Source: Antechinus flavipes (Eukaryota). Taken from it: a stretch of DNA of 64,000 bases. The DNA lies in contig NC_067403.1 of assembly GCF_016432865.1 (NCBI RefSeq), forward strand, positions 195,610,001-195,674,000, read 5' to 3'. The translations under genes and the position numbers were made by a program. How positions within the stretch are numbered: position 1 is the stretch's first letter; each line of letters begins with the position of its first letter. Below are positions 1 through 13,080 of the stretch, piece after piece. The notes beneath the pieces were generated by a model. The model worked only from the letters and a program-made list of their open reading frames with translations. It ran no database searches and was not told the DNA's origin.

Positions 1-199
1 GGAGAGAGAAAGTAGGGGAGTCAGACAAGTCTCCCCAAGAATCTAGCTGAGAAAAGGAGAGGAGATGGGAAATGATGACTTGCGAAAATCTCAGGGTCTA
101 ATGAAGAGTTTGGGTGATTTGTTTTTTTAAAGATGAGAGAAATATGGTCATGTCTGAAGGCAGAAGGAGGACATAACAGTTAAAAAGACTTGTGAAAGA

Positions 200-612
200 T
201 ATGACAATAGGGTGAGGGGGAAGAGAGAGGGAATAAAACAGGGAACAAGGGGGGAAAGGTGGAGAGGTAGTGAAGGGGAAGAGAGAGAAAGAGAGAGGGG
301 GAGAGAGAGGAGAGAAAGAGAAAAAAGGAGAAAGAAGAGGAGGAGAAGGAAGAAGAAAGGAGGGAGGAAGAGGGAAGGGGAGAAGGAAAGAGAGGGGAAG
401 AGAGGAGGAGGAGAATAGAGAGGGACAGGGAGCCAGAGAAAGACAGAGACATAGAGGGGGAGAGAGACAAAGATAGAAGAGAAGAGAAAGGGGGAAATAA
501 AGGGGAGGAAGAAGAAATTGGAGAGAAATAGGTGAAGAGGAGGGAGAGATAAACAGGGAGGGAGAGAGAGAGAAGAAAGAAAAGAAAAAGAGAAGGAAAG
601 AAGTGGGGGGGA
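200..612. repeat. Polypurine (GA-rich) low-complexity tract
   Basis: Almost entirely G/A on the plus strand for ~400 bp. Confidence 0.9.
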
Positions 613-1569
613 AGGTTATTCAACTTGTAGATCCACTGTTCTATCACGTTATTGTCTGGGTATGTTCCCTCATCTGAAAAAAGGGATAATAATCCCTGCA
701 AAGGTTATACATCGTGAAAAATGTCCTGAAATGGATTTTCAGGCTTTAAGTGACTATATAAATGTCCATTGATAATAACTAGTCTCTTTCCCCATCTATA
801 AAATGGGCATTGTGATAGTTATACCACACGAAGCAGTGGGGACAATCCAAGGAAATGTAAAAGGATGAGACTGGGCCTTGTCTTTTCCAGCTCTGAATTA
901 GAATGTCAGAGATGCTCTATATTAAGAAGAGCCACATTTCTTTCTGTGGGGCTTCCAGGTTTACAAAGCCCTCTCCTCACTGTGACCCTGAGTTAGGAGG
1001 GTATAAAGTACATTATTACTAAAGACACCCTCTACAAAGTGGCCACTTGAGCTCTCTCCCGATTCTGCCATGAGTTTTCAGAGGTTCTGCCAGCTGTCCC
1101 GTACAAAACCCACTGCTGACCAGTGTCCAGGCAAGTTAAGGCCAGAGGCCTGACTGCCAGAGTACCACCCAGCATTTCCAGATATGGGGATTCATGAATC
1201 CAACCCAGAAACTCTGAAATGGAACTGGAACAAGATTTGTGTAACAGTGGGAGAAAGGGAAAGTGTTAGGAATATCTGTTCCCAACCAATTTAACTGTAT
1301 CCACATCACCTTCCTAAAAGGAACTGAGCTCCCTATCAAAAAGAAAAGCCTTTGGTCTATTGGATGAACCCTGTTCTAAGTGCAACCAATATTTACCAAA
1401 ATATCAGTGTCTACTGTGGGCAACATCTTTAACTGGATGCTGAAGAAACAGACACAAAGACCCAAAAAAACAATGGCTGCCCATAACCTAATGGAAGGAT
1501 GTAGCTAGGTGGGAAGCTAAGTAAAGCAACAGATAGAGTGGAGATGGGGTGACCCATTTTTGACATCCT

Positions 1570-1840
1570 ATATCTCTGAACTAGCTAGTGATACAGTGGA
1601 CCATGACTTGAGTTCAACTCCTGCCTTATTAGCTATAGGATCCTGGGTAAGATATGTATTAACCTCTCTTAGCCTGTTTCCTCATCTGTAAAATGGACAT
1701 AATAATAACACCCAATTCCCAGGATTGTTATAAGGATCAAATAAAGTCATACTTATAAAGCACTTAGCATAGTGCTTGGCACAAAATAAGTGCATTATAA
1801 ATATAAATATAAAATATTATCATTGTTACTGTTGTTACTG
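1570..1840 (+). mobile_element. MIR (CORE-SINE), representative of dozens in the window
   Basis: CORE motif ttcctcatctgtaaaatgg...aggattgttataaggatcaaataa. Similar cores occur at e.g. 4130-4360, 6320-6520, 19940-20150, 20900-21110, 42390-42560, 44700-44950, 45990-46220 and 55980-56180. Confidence 0.75.
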
Positions 1841-2869
1841 TTCTTATATTGTAGCATTTTGTAGGCTTTAAAGAGCTACATGAATACTAGTTATTATTAT
1901 TATTATGCAACATTGTACACAAGCGGGTATAATTCGAGGCAGAATGAAAGCAGAGACTCAGAAAAAAGTGTACTTAGAAATGTGAGGGGAGGAAAGGAAA
2001 AATCTATTTTGCTGGGGGAGGAGGAGGGAACCCAAGGAAAGGTTGGAACCTAAGCTGAGCCCTGAAGCAAAAAGGCTTCCAAGGATCAAGAAAATCCAAG
2101 AAAAGGGATTCCAAGAAGTGGCAAAGAAAAAGTAAAAGGACATTCTTGGTGATGGCACAGAGTCATAAGATGAAAAGATGAAAAGATAGGGAATAGTACT
2201 ATTTTGGGGGGGGAGTGGAGTTCATGAAGAAGAAGAAACGACAGATAAGGCTGGAAAGGTAGTTTAGGAACTTCTCTGGAATATTACTTAGAGGATCCTA
2301 GCTGCTTACTATCTCAAGATTCCAGAGGGACCCACTCCAAAAACTATAACTCACCAGCCCCCACCAGTGTGCTTCCCATTAATAGTCAGCCCGTAGTCAC
2401 AATTAGCTTAAATAAAGGCATTGCTAAGAAGGTATAGTCAGCAAGACCAATAGCTACAAAACAATTCCCATCTGTCCCCATGACTCTGCGATACCTTCTA
2501 CAAACACACTCAGCATTAGGTGGAGGAGCAGACACAAACCTGGAGTATAAATAAATGAGGTCAGGGTCCCAATGTCTTTCCTCCCCAATCTTCTCAGAGT
2601 CTTTACTTTATTCCTACCCTGTGAGTGAAATATTTTAGTGACTTCCTTGGTTCTATTCCTCTCCACATATCAATTCCCACCTACCCGAGATAATTCCTCC
2701 TTAGGTCCATGGTCAGCTCTCTTCTCTGCTGCCAGAGATCACTCATGAAATTGCCCTCTCACTGATGGCAGCTTTAATTATTTGAAAGTTTTTCCTAACA
2801 TCAAGCCTAAATCCAGAGCTTGCAAATTCCACATATTGTTTCTGGTTTTACCTTTTGGTTCCACCCAAA

Positions 2870-3080
2870 ATAAGTATGACCCCTCTTCTGCAGACATAAG
2901 TAGGATATGCAAAATAGAAGTTGAGAGGAGAGGATGGGTGTCATCTGCATAGAAGTGATAATTAAAGCCAGAAGATGAGATGAGGTCACCCAGAGAAAAA
3001 GTATAGAAAGAGAAGAGGGTTACAAAATATGGAAGGGACACAGTGAATCAGCCAAGGAAACAGAAGAGAGGACAGAAAAA
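2870..3080 (-). mobile_element. L2 LINE RT fragment
   Basis: FSFYTFSLGDLISSSGFNYHFYADD on the minus strand. Confidence 0.8.
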
Positions 3081-6000
3081 CTAAGAGAAAAGAAAATATC
3101 AAGAGCTCTAACTCTTGGATCTTCCCTCAGAATTCTGAAGCCACCAAGTCACTTGGTAAAGGTCACTCTCATATTTAAGGCATTAACTTCACTGCAGTCC
3201 AGACCATGGGTCATTATTAGACTCAGGATCTTCTCAGCCCTGAGCAGAAGCTAAAGAGAGAAAATCTCAGGTTCTTCCTAAGCTTAAAAAGAGCCAAATA
3301 GACCCCTTGAGACCTTTCCCAGAATCACAGTCAGACCCATCTAATGCAAACTATCAGACTGTCTCCCAGTAAGATATAAAGTGTCACTGGGAATTAATAC
3401 CACCAGAACATGGTCTCCTGGTTCCCAGCCAAGGTTCTGCCTCTCTTTTCTTTCTAATTACAATTCCCACTTCTATTGCACTATAATATAAACTAAAGTA
3501 CTTGACTTACAAAACTCCTAAAGTGTCATACTTCCCATTTTACAAGTGAACATTCTAAGGTCCGGAGAAGAGAATCATTTTTTCTAGAGTCATACAACTA
3601 ATTAAGTATGGCACCTTGGGATTCAAACTCAGCTCTTAGCAGCACCAAGTAGAGATGAACTTTTCATTCTAGCAGATTGTCCTCCTTTACAACTCCCGCC
3701 TTCTCTCCTACAAGTATTCTGCCGATGACTAAAAAGACATTTGTAAGCCTCCTGGTGTAATAATTTTCCCTTTCTACTTCTCTTCTAGTTTCCCAAGGTC
3801 AAAGTGCTCTCTGCTTATAAAGGAAAGGTAATCCAGGTATAGTAGAAATGAAATTGGACATTGGAGATATGGTGCCTCTGGGTGTGCTTGTGATTAGGGT
3901 CAATGTCACCCTCACTACTGTCCTAGGAATGGTCTTCAGCATTCTGGTGAAACTTAGCCTGAATGTATATAATATTTCAGACCTTGAAATATTAGAGGAA
4001 AGAGCACTGATCTTAGAAGACCTGAAATGAGTCCTAGGAAACCTTAGACAAATGCTTCATCTTCTCATCCCAGTACCTTAAGTTTTCTCCTCTGTTAAAT
4101 GTAAATAATATTTGTCCTACTTATCTTATCAGGAGACAACCAGTGGTACAATAGATAGAGCACTGGGCCTACAGTCAGGAAGCACTGAACTCAAATCTGA
4201 CCTCTGACTCCCTAGCTGCGTGATCTGATTGCCTCAGTTTCCTCATTTGGAAAATCAATTGGAAAAGGAAATAGCAAACCACTCCATTCTCTTTGATCCC
4301 AAATGAGGTCACCAAGACTTGGACACAACTAAACAACTGAACAGCAACAATTTCATCAGACAATCGTGAATAAAGGGTTTTGTAAACTCTAAAAGCCCTC
4401 CTGAAACCCTTCAATACTCCAATGAATAGCATAATAGCCAGGATTTAAAAGGTTCACAAAATCCTTCACACATGACATCATTGGATCTTCACAAGAACCC
4501 AGTGAGGTACGTGTTGTTATCACCCCCATTTTATAGATTTTATAGATTTTTATTTTACATAAATTTACATAAGCTCAGGATCACATAGCTGAGAGTCTAA
4601 GGGATGATCTGAATTCAGATCTTCCCAATTTCAAGTCCAAAGCCCTATCTGCTTTGCCAACTAGGTGTTTCAAGGAATTGGGATGTCTTCTTCCATCAGT
4701 GCTGATGACAAAGTTGCCAGCCTGTATGACATTGGTTTATGTCCCCCCTACCCCTGCCAGGAAAGGATGTGGGGAGAAGGAATCCATCTGATGAATGAAG
4801 AGAAATCTCTTTCCATCAAGTAAATGCCAATAAAGCCTGTGGGCTTTCCACTGCTGCGGCTCTCATCCAGTGACTCTATTTCACCTCTATTTTCAATCAT
4901 ATCTTTCTTTGATGACAAAGGATGTCAAGATAAAAATATGTGCTATAATTTGATCCAACAATAGCCCTGGAGGGGGAATTTTTATATCCATTTAACAGAT
5001 GGGGAAACATGCTCAAAGAGTAAGGTGACTTGCCTAAAGAGTAACCCAGCTTGCAAAGGAGTAACTGGCAGTACTCGAATCCAAGCCTTCCAACTATTAC
5101 CAATACCATGCTGTCTCCCCTACAAAGCAAAACCTCCACTAAAAGGGAGATCTAGCTAAGTAGAACCCTCAAATAAATGAAAATTTTAGAAATTCCGACT
5201 TTTAAAAGAAAAAAGATGAAAACCACACACAAAACACACAAAAAAAGGACATATAAGGGATTTAGCAAAAGTAAACAAACTCACCAGGAGTATCCTAAGC
5301 CTCAAGGAATTCATGGCGCTCAGTCTCCTACACCTTCTCCATCTCCATCCATAAGCCTGGGCACTAAGAATTCACATTCAGCCAAGTCTCCTCCAACATT
5401 TCCATCCCTACCCACAGGCCTGGGCAGTGAGAATTTCCGTTCAGCCCAGTTTCCTCTACTTTCCCCATCTCCAACTTCATCTTCAACAAACGTTAATTAA
5501 CCATGTACTATGTGCAGGACCTGGAGAGGGGGCACTGCAAAGGACACAAAAGAGGAACATGACACGGTCCTCCGCTCGGGTGGCTCACATTCCAGAAAGG
5601 GGCAGTCTCACACACACATAAACATAATACACAACGAGTGCGTGAGAAGTACAAACACAATGTTCTCTGAGTTCTACAGAGAAGAAAAGGCCATCAGGGA
5701 AGGCTTCTTGGAAGAGGGAGCCTTATTAAAAGACTTTTCTCTACTCAAAAGCCAAGAAAATGAGAGCTAGCACAAAGAATTATGGCCCTGAGGATCTACT
5801 AATGATATTAACTTACTTTGATTAACAAACACATTCCTTGGGAGATACAAATAAAGATTAGACCCAGGATTTCACCAGTATAAGGAACTCCAAGGTCCAT
5901 CAATGCAGGGCCACACCTTCTCTGGGACTTGTGAGCTGGGGAGGAGAAGGTATCTAGAGCACTGAGAGGGTAAATTACTTGCCCAATGATTATGTGTCAA

Positions 6001-6939
6001 AGGTGAGACCTGACCCCTGATCTCTGTGGCTTCAAGGCCATCATTTTATCCTTTATGCCTTTTGAAAAAAAAAATCCTTTCAATCTGTTACCTCATTGGA
6101 CCATCTCACCCTTTGGGGTTGTGGTCCAAATAGTATTACCCCCTTGTAACAGAAGTGGAAACTGAGGTGCAGAGAGAATAGGATTTCTACATGGTCACAC
6201 AGCAAGGACTTGAACACAGATCTCCTGATTTCTCATCCAAGGTCTTTTCTATAATACTGTGTTGTTACTGTTTGCAGCTGGAACATCTGAGAAAGGTTTT
6301 CAGCTAATAAATAGAAAAGAGGACTGAACTTGGAGTCAGGAGGTGTATGTTCGAATCCTGGCTTTGACATACATTCTATGTGACCATGGGTTTCTTCTCT
6401 CTAAGCCTCCATTTCCTCATCTGCAAAATGGGTACAATGAGGCTTGCCCTACTGACTTAATAGGGTTGTGTAATGAGGAAAGTTTTGTAAACAGTACAGA
6501 AATGTGAATTATTTTTTAAATCATAGCAATTATTCATAATGATGAAAGATTTGAGGAAAATATGCCATTGTTAACAGGAAAACTTAATTAGCCATAAGTC
6601 CCTATGTCCCAAACATCCTGGTTACTTATTGGTTTCATCAAATATATATAACTTAAATGATTACACAGGTAAGATCGGAAACCAATGAGAAAAAGGCTGG
6701 AAACCAGCAGAACTGGACTATCAAGCAGGAGTAACAGAAGCCCCTTCTGAACAAGACAGAACCAGAAGCGTGACTAGAAATTCTATCACCTGGGACAAAT
6801 TTGATCCAGCTGGAATAAGGAGGATGTTAAAGCAAGATCACTCCTGTGTAAGGTTAAGATAAATAGAAATAGGTTAGAGGAGGTAGAAAACTGAAACAAT
6901 GAAAGGCCAAGATATTTGAAGAGGAGGATGAGGTCCATA

Positions 6940-7400
6940 GTCAATAAAACATTTTATTAAGTGTCCACTACGTATCAGGCCTTATCCTAAGTGTTGGGCA
7001 TACAAATACAAAAAGACAGTCCCTACCCTCAAGGAGCTTATATTTGAATGAGGATGATGACACAGAAAAGAAAGCTGAAAATATAAGAGAGGAAACATGA
7101 GGTATCCATGATGGAAGGATGATGGAGGAGTAATAAAAGAAGTCTAAATTGAATGCAGCCAGATGGAAAAGAGGAGTGGGAAATGAGAGATCTGAGGACA
7201 CGTCTTTTCTGGTCCCCATCCTTAAATGGAGGAGTTTATGGTTCTACTCCCCAATTAGCAGTCACTGATGAGATGGAAGCAACAAGGCATCATATATTTG
7301 CAAGATGATGAGATTTCCCAAAGATGAGTTTATTAAGGCCAATGAATATTGGTGGAGAAGTTAAAGAAGGATGAGGGAGGGAGAAGACTAATAGCTAGGG
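6940..7400 (-). mobile_element. L2 3' fragment
   Basis: aacattttattaagtgtccactacgtatcagg...ccctcaaggagctta signature. A similar fragment lies at ~5490-5730. Confidence 0.6.
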
Positions 7401-9319
7401 ATTGAAGGGATTGGAAAGAGGGCAAAATGACTCCAGAGGTCCACAGATCACAGCAAAACGGCTGGAGTAAAGTTCAAAGAGAGATGGCTGCTTGCTGAGT
7501 GATAACAGCAAGGGGAGAGGGGGAGGATGGGAAATCAGCACCAGGGAAGAGGTAGCAGGCCATCTCTTCCTCCTGGTTCCGTGTGCAAAAGGCTTGAAAG
7601 AAGCAGCCAGCCTTGCCAAGCTGCCAAGAGAGGTAGTGTTTTCAGGAGAAAGCTAGTCCGAGTGAGCACTAAGATGGGAAGAATGCAAGAAGAGATCCAG
7701 AGAAAGAGAGAAGTTTGTAAACAATAGATGAGATTTCCAGATGACACAGTGGAAAGGGAGATTAGAGGAGGATAACCTGTCCTATTCTCCAAACTTCATT
7801 ATCAGAAACCCCATTCCCTCACCCTCTCCCTGAGCTGCCTTCTCCCCACCCACTCTTAAGGGGGGTGATATGGGTTGGCAAAGGACCATAAATTACAGGA
7901 AGGCAATCTGGTCTAGACCATGGCAGGGGAAAAGTAGCACCTTCAAGGATCAGGGCCTGAGGCAAAGTTCCAGCTGCCTGCATTCCTTATGGATCTACCT
8001 GAAGTTCACAGCATTTGTGGGAAACAGAAAAATAAAATATCAAAAATAAAAGAGGTCTACAACACTGGAGTCAATTGTCCTGGTGCCAGACCCTGAGGAA
8101 AATCTACCTTTCTCTGTCTAACCCATGATCAACTACATTTCCCTGAGTGTCAAACTCATAGATTGGGAGCTATGAAGACCAAGGTCACCATCTACAACTG
8201 TACCACTCTTGCAGTCTCCTATGGCCCTTTCCATAAAAACTGAAAATATCCAAGCAATGAGGCCTAAAGAAAAAGCTAATTAATAAGCCTTGGGACCTAC
8301 CTTTGGCAAAGACCTTGCCAAGAAACCAAGACAATCAAAACTCAACACAGATCATGGAACCTGATGCTCCAGAGAAGACCGGACATGTCAGAACACTCTG
8401 CTTGCCCTAGCAAACCTCTCCTGCCCAACTCTGACCTATCAAAATAAGGGATGTATATGAACTGATTTTCTGACTCACACAGCAACAGTTCAGAGCTTTG
8501 CCCCCTTACCATTCCCTCCCTCTTCCTTTAGCTAGGAGGGGCCACAGGAAGCCTCTGTGTCAACTCTCTCATTACACTGGTAGAAAAACTTGAAGCCCTA
8601 ATTGAAGTGACTTACAGGATAACAGGATGTAGGGCAGGAAGAGGGCTTAAAGATCATCTAGATCCAACCAGCCATTTTTACAGATTAGGAAACTGAGGCT
8701 AAGAAAGCAGAAGTGACTCACCAAGGCCACTGATAGGTAGCAGAGCCACGCTTACAAACCTAGGTTTTTTTCATCCTGAGACTAGAACTCCATCTATACC
8801 TCCTAAGATTCTTATATACAAGGCCCAAGCAAAGATCTGCTCATTGACCTTTGCCTTCAAAGAGCATATTCAAGAAAGCCTAACAGAGCTCCAAGCTGCA
8901 GGTTTGTCCCATTTTTCCTGCCCCACCCCTAGTGGGCTCTTCCTGAGAGCCCAAGAACAAAGGCTCAAACATCTATAACATTTTAAAGTTTACAAAGCAC
9001 TTTCCTCAAATCAACCCAATGAGGCAGATGGTACAAGTATTATCCCCATTTTACGGATGACCAAACTGAGGCTCAGAGCTAGGGAGTGGCTTGCTCCCTT
9101 GTTGTACCCAGAAACAGCAAAGGCCTCCTGCTTCCTAGATCTCATCGCCTCAAGAAGCCCAAACCCTCTGTATGTGGTCATGGGCTCTCCATTTTTATCT
9201 TTTCAAGGAGCAACATTTCAGTCCAAGGGAATGGTCCCACTTTGCACTGGCCACACAAGGGATTCCCGGGGGCAGCCTCTCTGGGGCTGTGGCCGCAGCT
9301 ATGGCGAGCCCAAACTCAC

Positions 9320-9484
9320 CTGGAGGCTTCATGTAGTACTGCTCGATGTCAGCCATGTCCGTGTGCAGTGCACACTCCAGGTAGGTGAGGATCACCTTCC
9401 GGCTGTAGTAATACCTCATAGCCAGAAGGAAGACAGGCACGAAGCAGGTGAGCAACAGACATCTGGTCAGTAGAAAGCACAGCA
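9320..9484 (-). CDS. NAT8L: NAT8L coding exon 2 (165 nt, membrane-association segment)
   Basis: Pyrimidine tract plus acceptor cttctcttccgcAG, then (L)LCFLLTRCLLLTCFVPVFLLAMRYYYSRKVILTYLECALHTDMADIEQYYMKPP(G), then donor G|GTGAGT. Phase is compatible with exon 1. The final GNAT-domain exon (GSCFWVAV...) was not found in 1-9319. Confidence 0.96.
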
Positions 9485-11110
9485 CTGCGGAAGAGAAGGG
9501 AGGAAAAGGAGAGACTGCAAACCCATCATCTGGGGTGGCCAGCCAGGCCGGCGGCTGCAGGACAGGGTCCATTTCTTCCCTCCCTCCCTCCCTTCCTTCC
9601 CCGTCCCATAACCTTGCAACAAAGAATTCACCATAGCAGCCGAAAGCAGCCACTCCACAGCAAAAGTCGAGTTCCCCAATATCTCAAGAAGGTATTTGAA
9701 GATGGGGAGGATGTATTTCCCTCATCTCTTAGAGGCAAATAATAACAGCTCATGAATCTATACTGATAGGAAAACGGAGGCTCTGAATTTGAAGGGACTT
9801 ACATGACAATGGAACTTAAGAGCTGGAAGATCAACTAAGTCCAACCACTCGTTTTACAGACAAGGAAACTGAGGCTTTATGTGTATAAAGGGCTTTCTTC
9901 ACAGCAGCATTGTCAGATGGATAAACTAAGTATCAATATTTCCATTTTGCAGCTCAAGAAACTGAGGCAGAGAGAGGTTTCAGTGGCTGACCCAGAGCCA
10001 CAGAATCTCAAACCTAGAAGAATTCCAGTCCCCATTTTCATGTCACGGTTCCAACTTGTCAATGCCAGGATTCCAGTCTAGTTTTCCTGACCGCCTCCCA
10101 AGGAGGGAAAAGAAATTAAGAGATAACAAAATAGATAGCAATGATTCTGAGGGAGACTCAGGCAGGCGGGATTTTGAGGCTAGGAAACAGGAAGCACCTT
10201 GACTGCACCAAGCCCAGATTCCTGTCCTGGAGTGTGTTGGACTGACGCACATTTCCTAAATCCCAGATAAGGGAACTGCAACCAATCCAACTCTAAGGCT
10301 AGATGCAGCAGGATTCCGCCAAGCTTTCTCCTCTTAGTTAAAGTGCTTAGGAGATGGGTGGAATGGAGAAGTAGAGGCAAAGAACAGAAGGTCTACTGGC
10401 CAGGAACTGCCCAAGCCACTGTTGAAGAAAAATGGTTCATCCCAGAGAAATGTAAAGGGAGTGGGGGGACCCATATCACTAACCCTTAAGGCCAAAGGTC
10501 ATTCTCAGTCTGTTTAGGGAACCAGTGGAAGCTTGCTTTGTATATCTCCTACCCCAATCTTAAGCAGTCTTTCTTGTTTCAGCATTTCTACATGCTGGCT
10601 ATACAGATAATTAATGGGATGGATGAGGACATTCAAAAATCAAGAATGGCTAAGTATTCCTCCCAAGTCCCGATACTATTCCCCTTCTCCTAGTCTCTCC
10701 TGAACCTAGGAGTAAAGAGTATTCTCTCTCTGACTTTCTTTCTCTGTGTATGTCTGTCTCTATTTCTGTCTCTATCCCTTTCCACTGTCTCTGTCTCTGT
10801 CACTTTTCTCTGTCTGTCTGTCTGTCTCTCCTTTGTATCTGTCTCTCCTGGAGCTGGAGATCTTCCCCTCATAAATTAACACTTGGGGGCTGTGCTGAGG
10901 CAGCCTCCCCCGTCTTGATAAATTATATATAGTCACACTTCCCTGGCAGAGCATCAATTGCCCTTATCAACCGTCCTGAGCATCTCCTGCAACCTTCACT
11001 AACCACCCCCATCTCATTCCAAGAGAAGAGTACCATAGGCTGTGACCTCTCTGTATTCCAAAATGTACTGTTCAAGCCAACTAAAGTCAGAAGAGCATGA
11101 AAATAGAACA

Positions 11111-11112
<2 letters not shown>

Positions 11113-11178
<66 letters not shown>
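11113..11178. repeat. (GA)33 microsatellite
   Basis: Read directly. Confidence 0.97.
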
Positions 11179-11181
<3 letters not shown>

Positions 11182-11347
11182 TGGGTGGTTATAGCAGAGT
11201 GAAAATGAGAAAGCAAAATCTAAAAAGGGAAAAGGGGAGAGTCTGTGGGGAAGGAAAGGGGATAAAGAGGGAAGATAAGAATAAAGTAGAAGAGATGGAG
11301 GATATGGAGAAAGAAGAGAGATGGAAAGGAGTTAACACTATGAAAGA

Positions 11348-11515
11348 NNNNNNNNNNNNNNNNNNNNNNNNNNNNNNNNNNNNNNNNNNNNNNNNNNNNN
11401 NNNNNNNNNNNNNNNNNNNNNNNNNNNNNNNNNNNNNNNNNNNNNNNNNNNNNNNNNNNNNNNNNNNNNNNNNNNNNNNNNNNNNNNNNNNNNNNNNNNN
11501 NNNNNNNNNNNNNNN
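11348..11515. other. Assembly gap (168 N)
   Basis: Run of N. Confidence 1.
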
Positions 11516-12407
11516 TAGGAACGTGCTCAGAGTGGGGCAGCGAGGGGACTCTCCCAGGAGCTTCAGGTGCCACTGGATTCAACAGAAAATGACAAATCGA
11601 CCCCCCCCCAACTGCTCGTCCCACCTCCCACTCCACCCGTCACAAACCCAGTCTCTGAAGAAAAACAACAACTAGGCAGCTCCCACACGGCAGAGGGCAC
11701 TGGTAGGGAAAGGGGCGACCTGGCACGTATTCTGCCCCAGGGCGGCCGCAAGTTCCTCCTCCTCAGGCCCAGGGGCTGGCCAAGAAGGGCAGGCAGGAGG
11801 CCTGCCTTTGGCCCTGGGCAGTAGTGCACTGTGCCAGCGAGCTGACCGAGCCCAGGAGGCTGCGGAGAATTGCACCAGCTCTCCCGCCAGCCCCACTCGC
11901 AACCTGACCCGCACCTCGGTCTCTAGGTTACGGTGGAATCCTGTTTCCCTGGGGCGGAGGGGCTGGAGAACAGGAGCCAGAGCGTCCACAGCTCCCTTGA
12001 AGACGGGGAAAATGGGACGGGGAAGGGCGGGGGTAGGGGGAAGACGGAGAGAGTTGAAGGAATCGAAAGAGGGAGGGAGAAAGAACGCCAAGGAGCAGCT
12101 CCTTGTACATCCCACCCCGGCCCTGGATCCCCCCGCTGCTCCGGCGGCTGCCCCCTCCCCTCCAGCAGCCTCGGGACTGATAGGCCTCCTACGGCCAAGA
12201 GGAAATGCGTCCACAACCCCCGCCCCCCAACCCCACGGAGACACCCGGCTTATAAAAGACTCCCCTGGGCTTAATTGTTTTTAACTCCTCTGCCCCAGTC
12301 CGAGAGTGTGCAAATTGTGCATCTTCTTCTAGAACTGGGAATCTGGCTGCGTCCGTTTATAGACTGGCTGCATTGTGCGTGTGTGGTGTGCGCGTGTATG
12401 AGAGTGA

Positions 12408-12412
<5 letters not shown>

Positions 12413-12458
<46 letters not shown>
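12413..12458. repeat. (TG)23 microsatellite
   Basis: Read directly. Confidence 0.97.
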
Positions 12459-12459
<1 letters not shown>

Positions 12460-12719
12460 ATTCTGAATGCATCGGTGGAGTGCTGCGCTCCGGGGGCAGG
12501 ATGCGGAGGGAGTTTTTTGCACACTGCGGGATCTCCGGCTGCTTCTGCGGCGGGAGAGGAGAGGAAAGGGAGATGTAGCGCGTGGGGCTCCGCAAGTATC
12601 TGCGCCAAAAATACAGCCCCGGAACACGAGAGGATGGGAAGGAAGGAGGACAGGTCCTCCCGTGCTCGCGTCCTGGGACCCCACACCGCGGAGGTGGCGC
12701 GAACAAATTGGCTACTTAC

Positions 12720-13080
12720 ACGCCAGGAGCACATACATCAGCTGCGTGAAGGGCTGCTGCTTCAGGCCCCGGAACGCCGTGTTGGGGATTCTCTCCATGA
12801 TGCCGTCATAGAAGATGCGGCGCACCGTGTCTTGCTCTGCAGGGTGGAACTCGCGGATGCAGACGTGCTCCTTTTTGCCATCTTCACCCGCCACCTCGCC
12901 GGCCGCCGCGCTGGGGGGCGGCATCGGCGGCGCCGGGGAGGGCGCTGAGCCGCCGGAGAGCGAGGGCCACATCTGGGAGGAGGACACGATCACTGTGTCT
13001 TTCTTGGCGCCGGGGATGGTGTCATGATCTTCTGCCACGATTTTCGTCTCGCAAACCATTTTGGGAGACAGACAATGCAT
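12720..13080 (-). CDS. NAT8L: NAT8L coding exon 1 (aa 1-120 plus 1 nt)
   Basis: Translates MHCLSPKMVCETKIVAEDHD...CIREFHPAEQDTVRRIFYDGIMERIPNTAFRGLKQQPFTQLMYVLLA, recognisable as NAT8L. It ends at a canonical donor T|GTAAGT (GT at 12719-12718), phase 1. Confidence 0.96.

Noticed and set aside
180-701. Ser/Leu/Phe- or Arg/Glu-rich ORFs (also 32716-33272, 11097-11675, 10690-11216)
   Set aside because: These are translations of GA/CT low-complexity tracts.
1136-1339. ORF containing SFWV (and CCFWV at ~9100-9120) as NAT8L exon 3
   Set aside because: The flanking residues do not match GSCFWVAVLDGNVVG, and there is no downstream GNAT motif.
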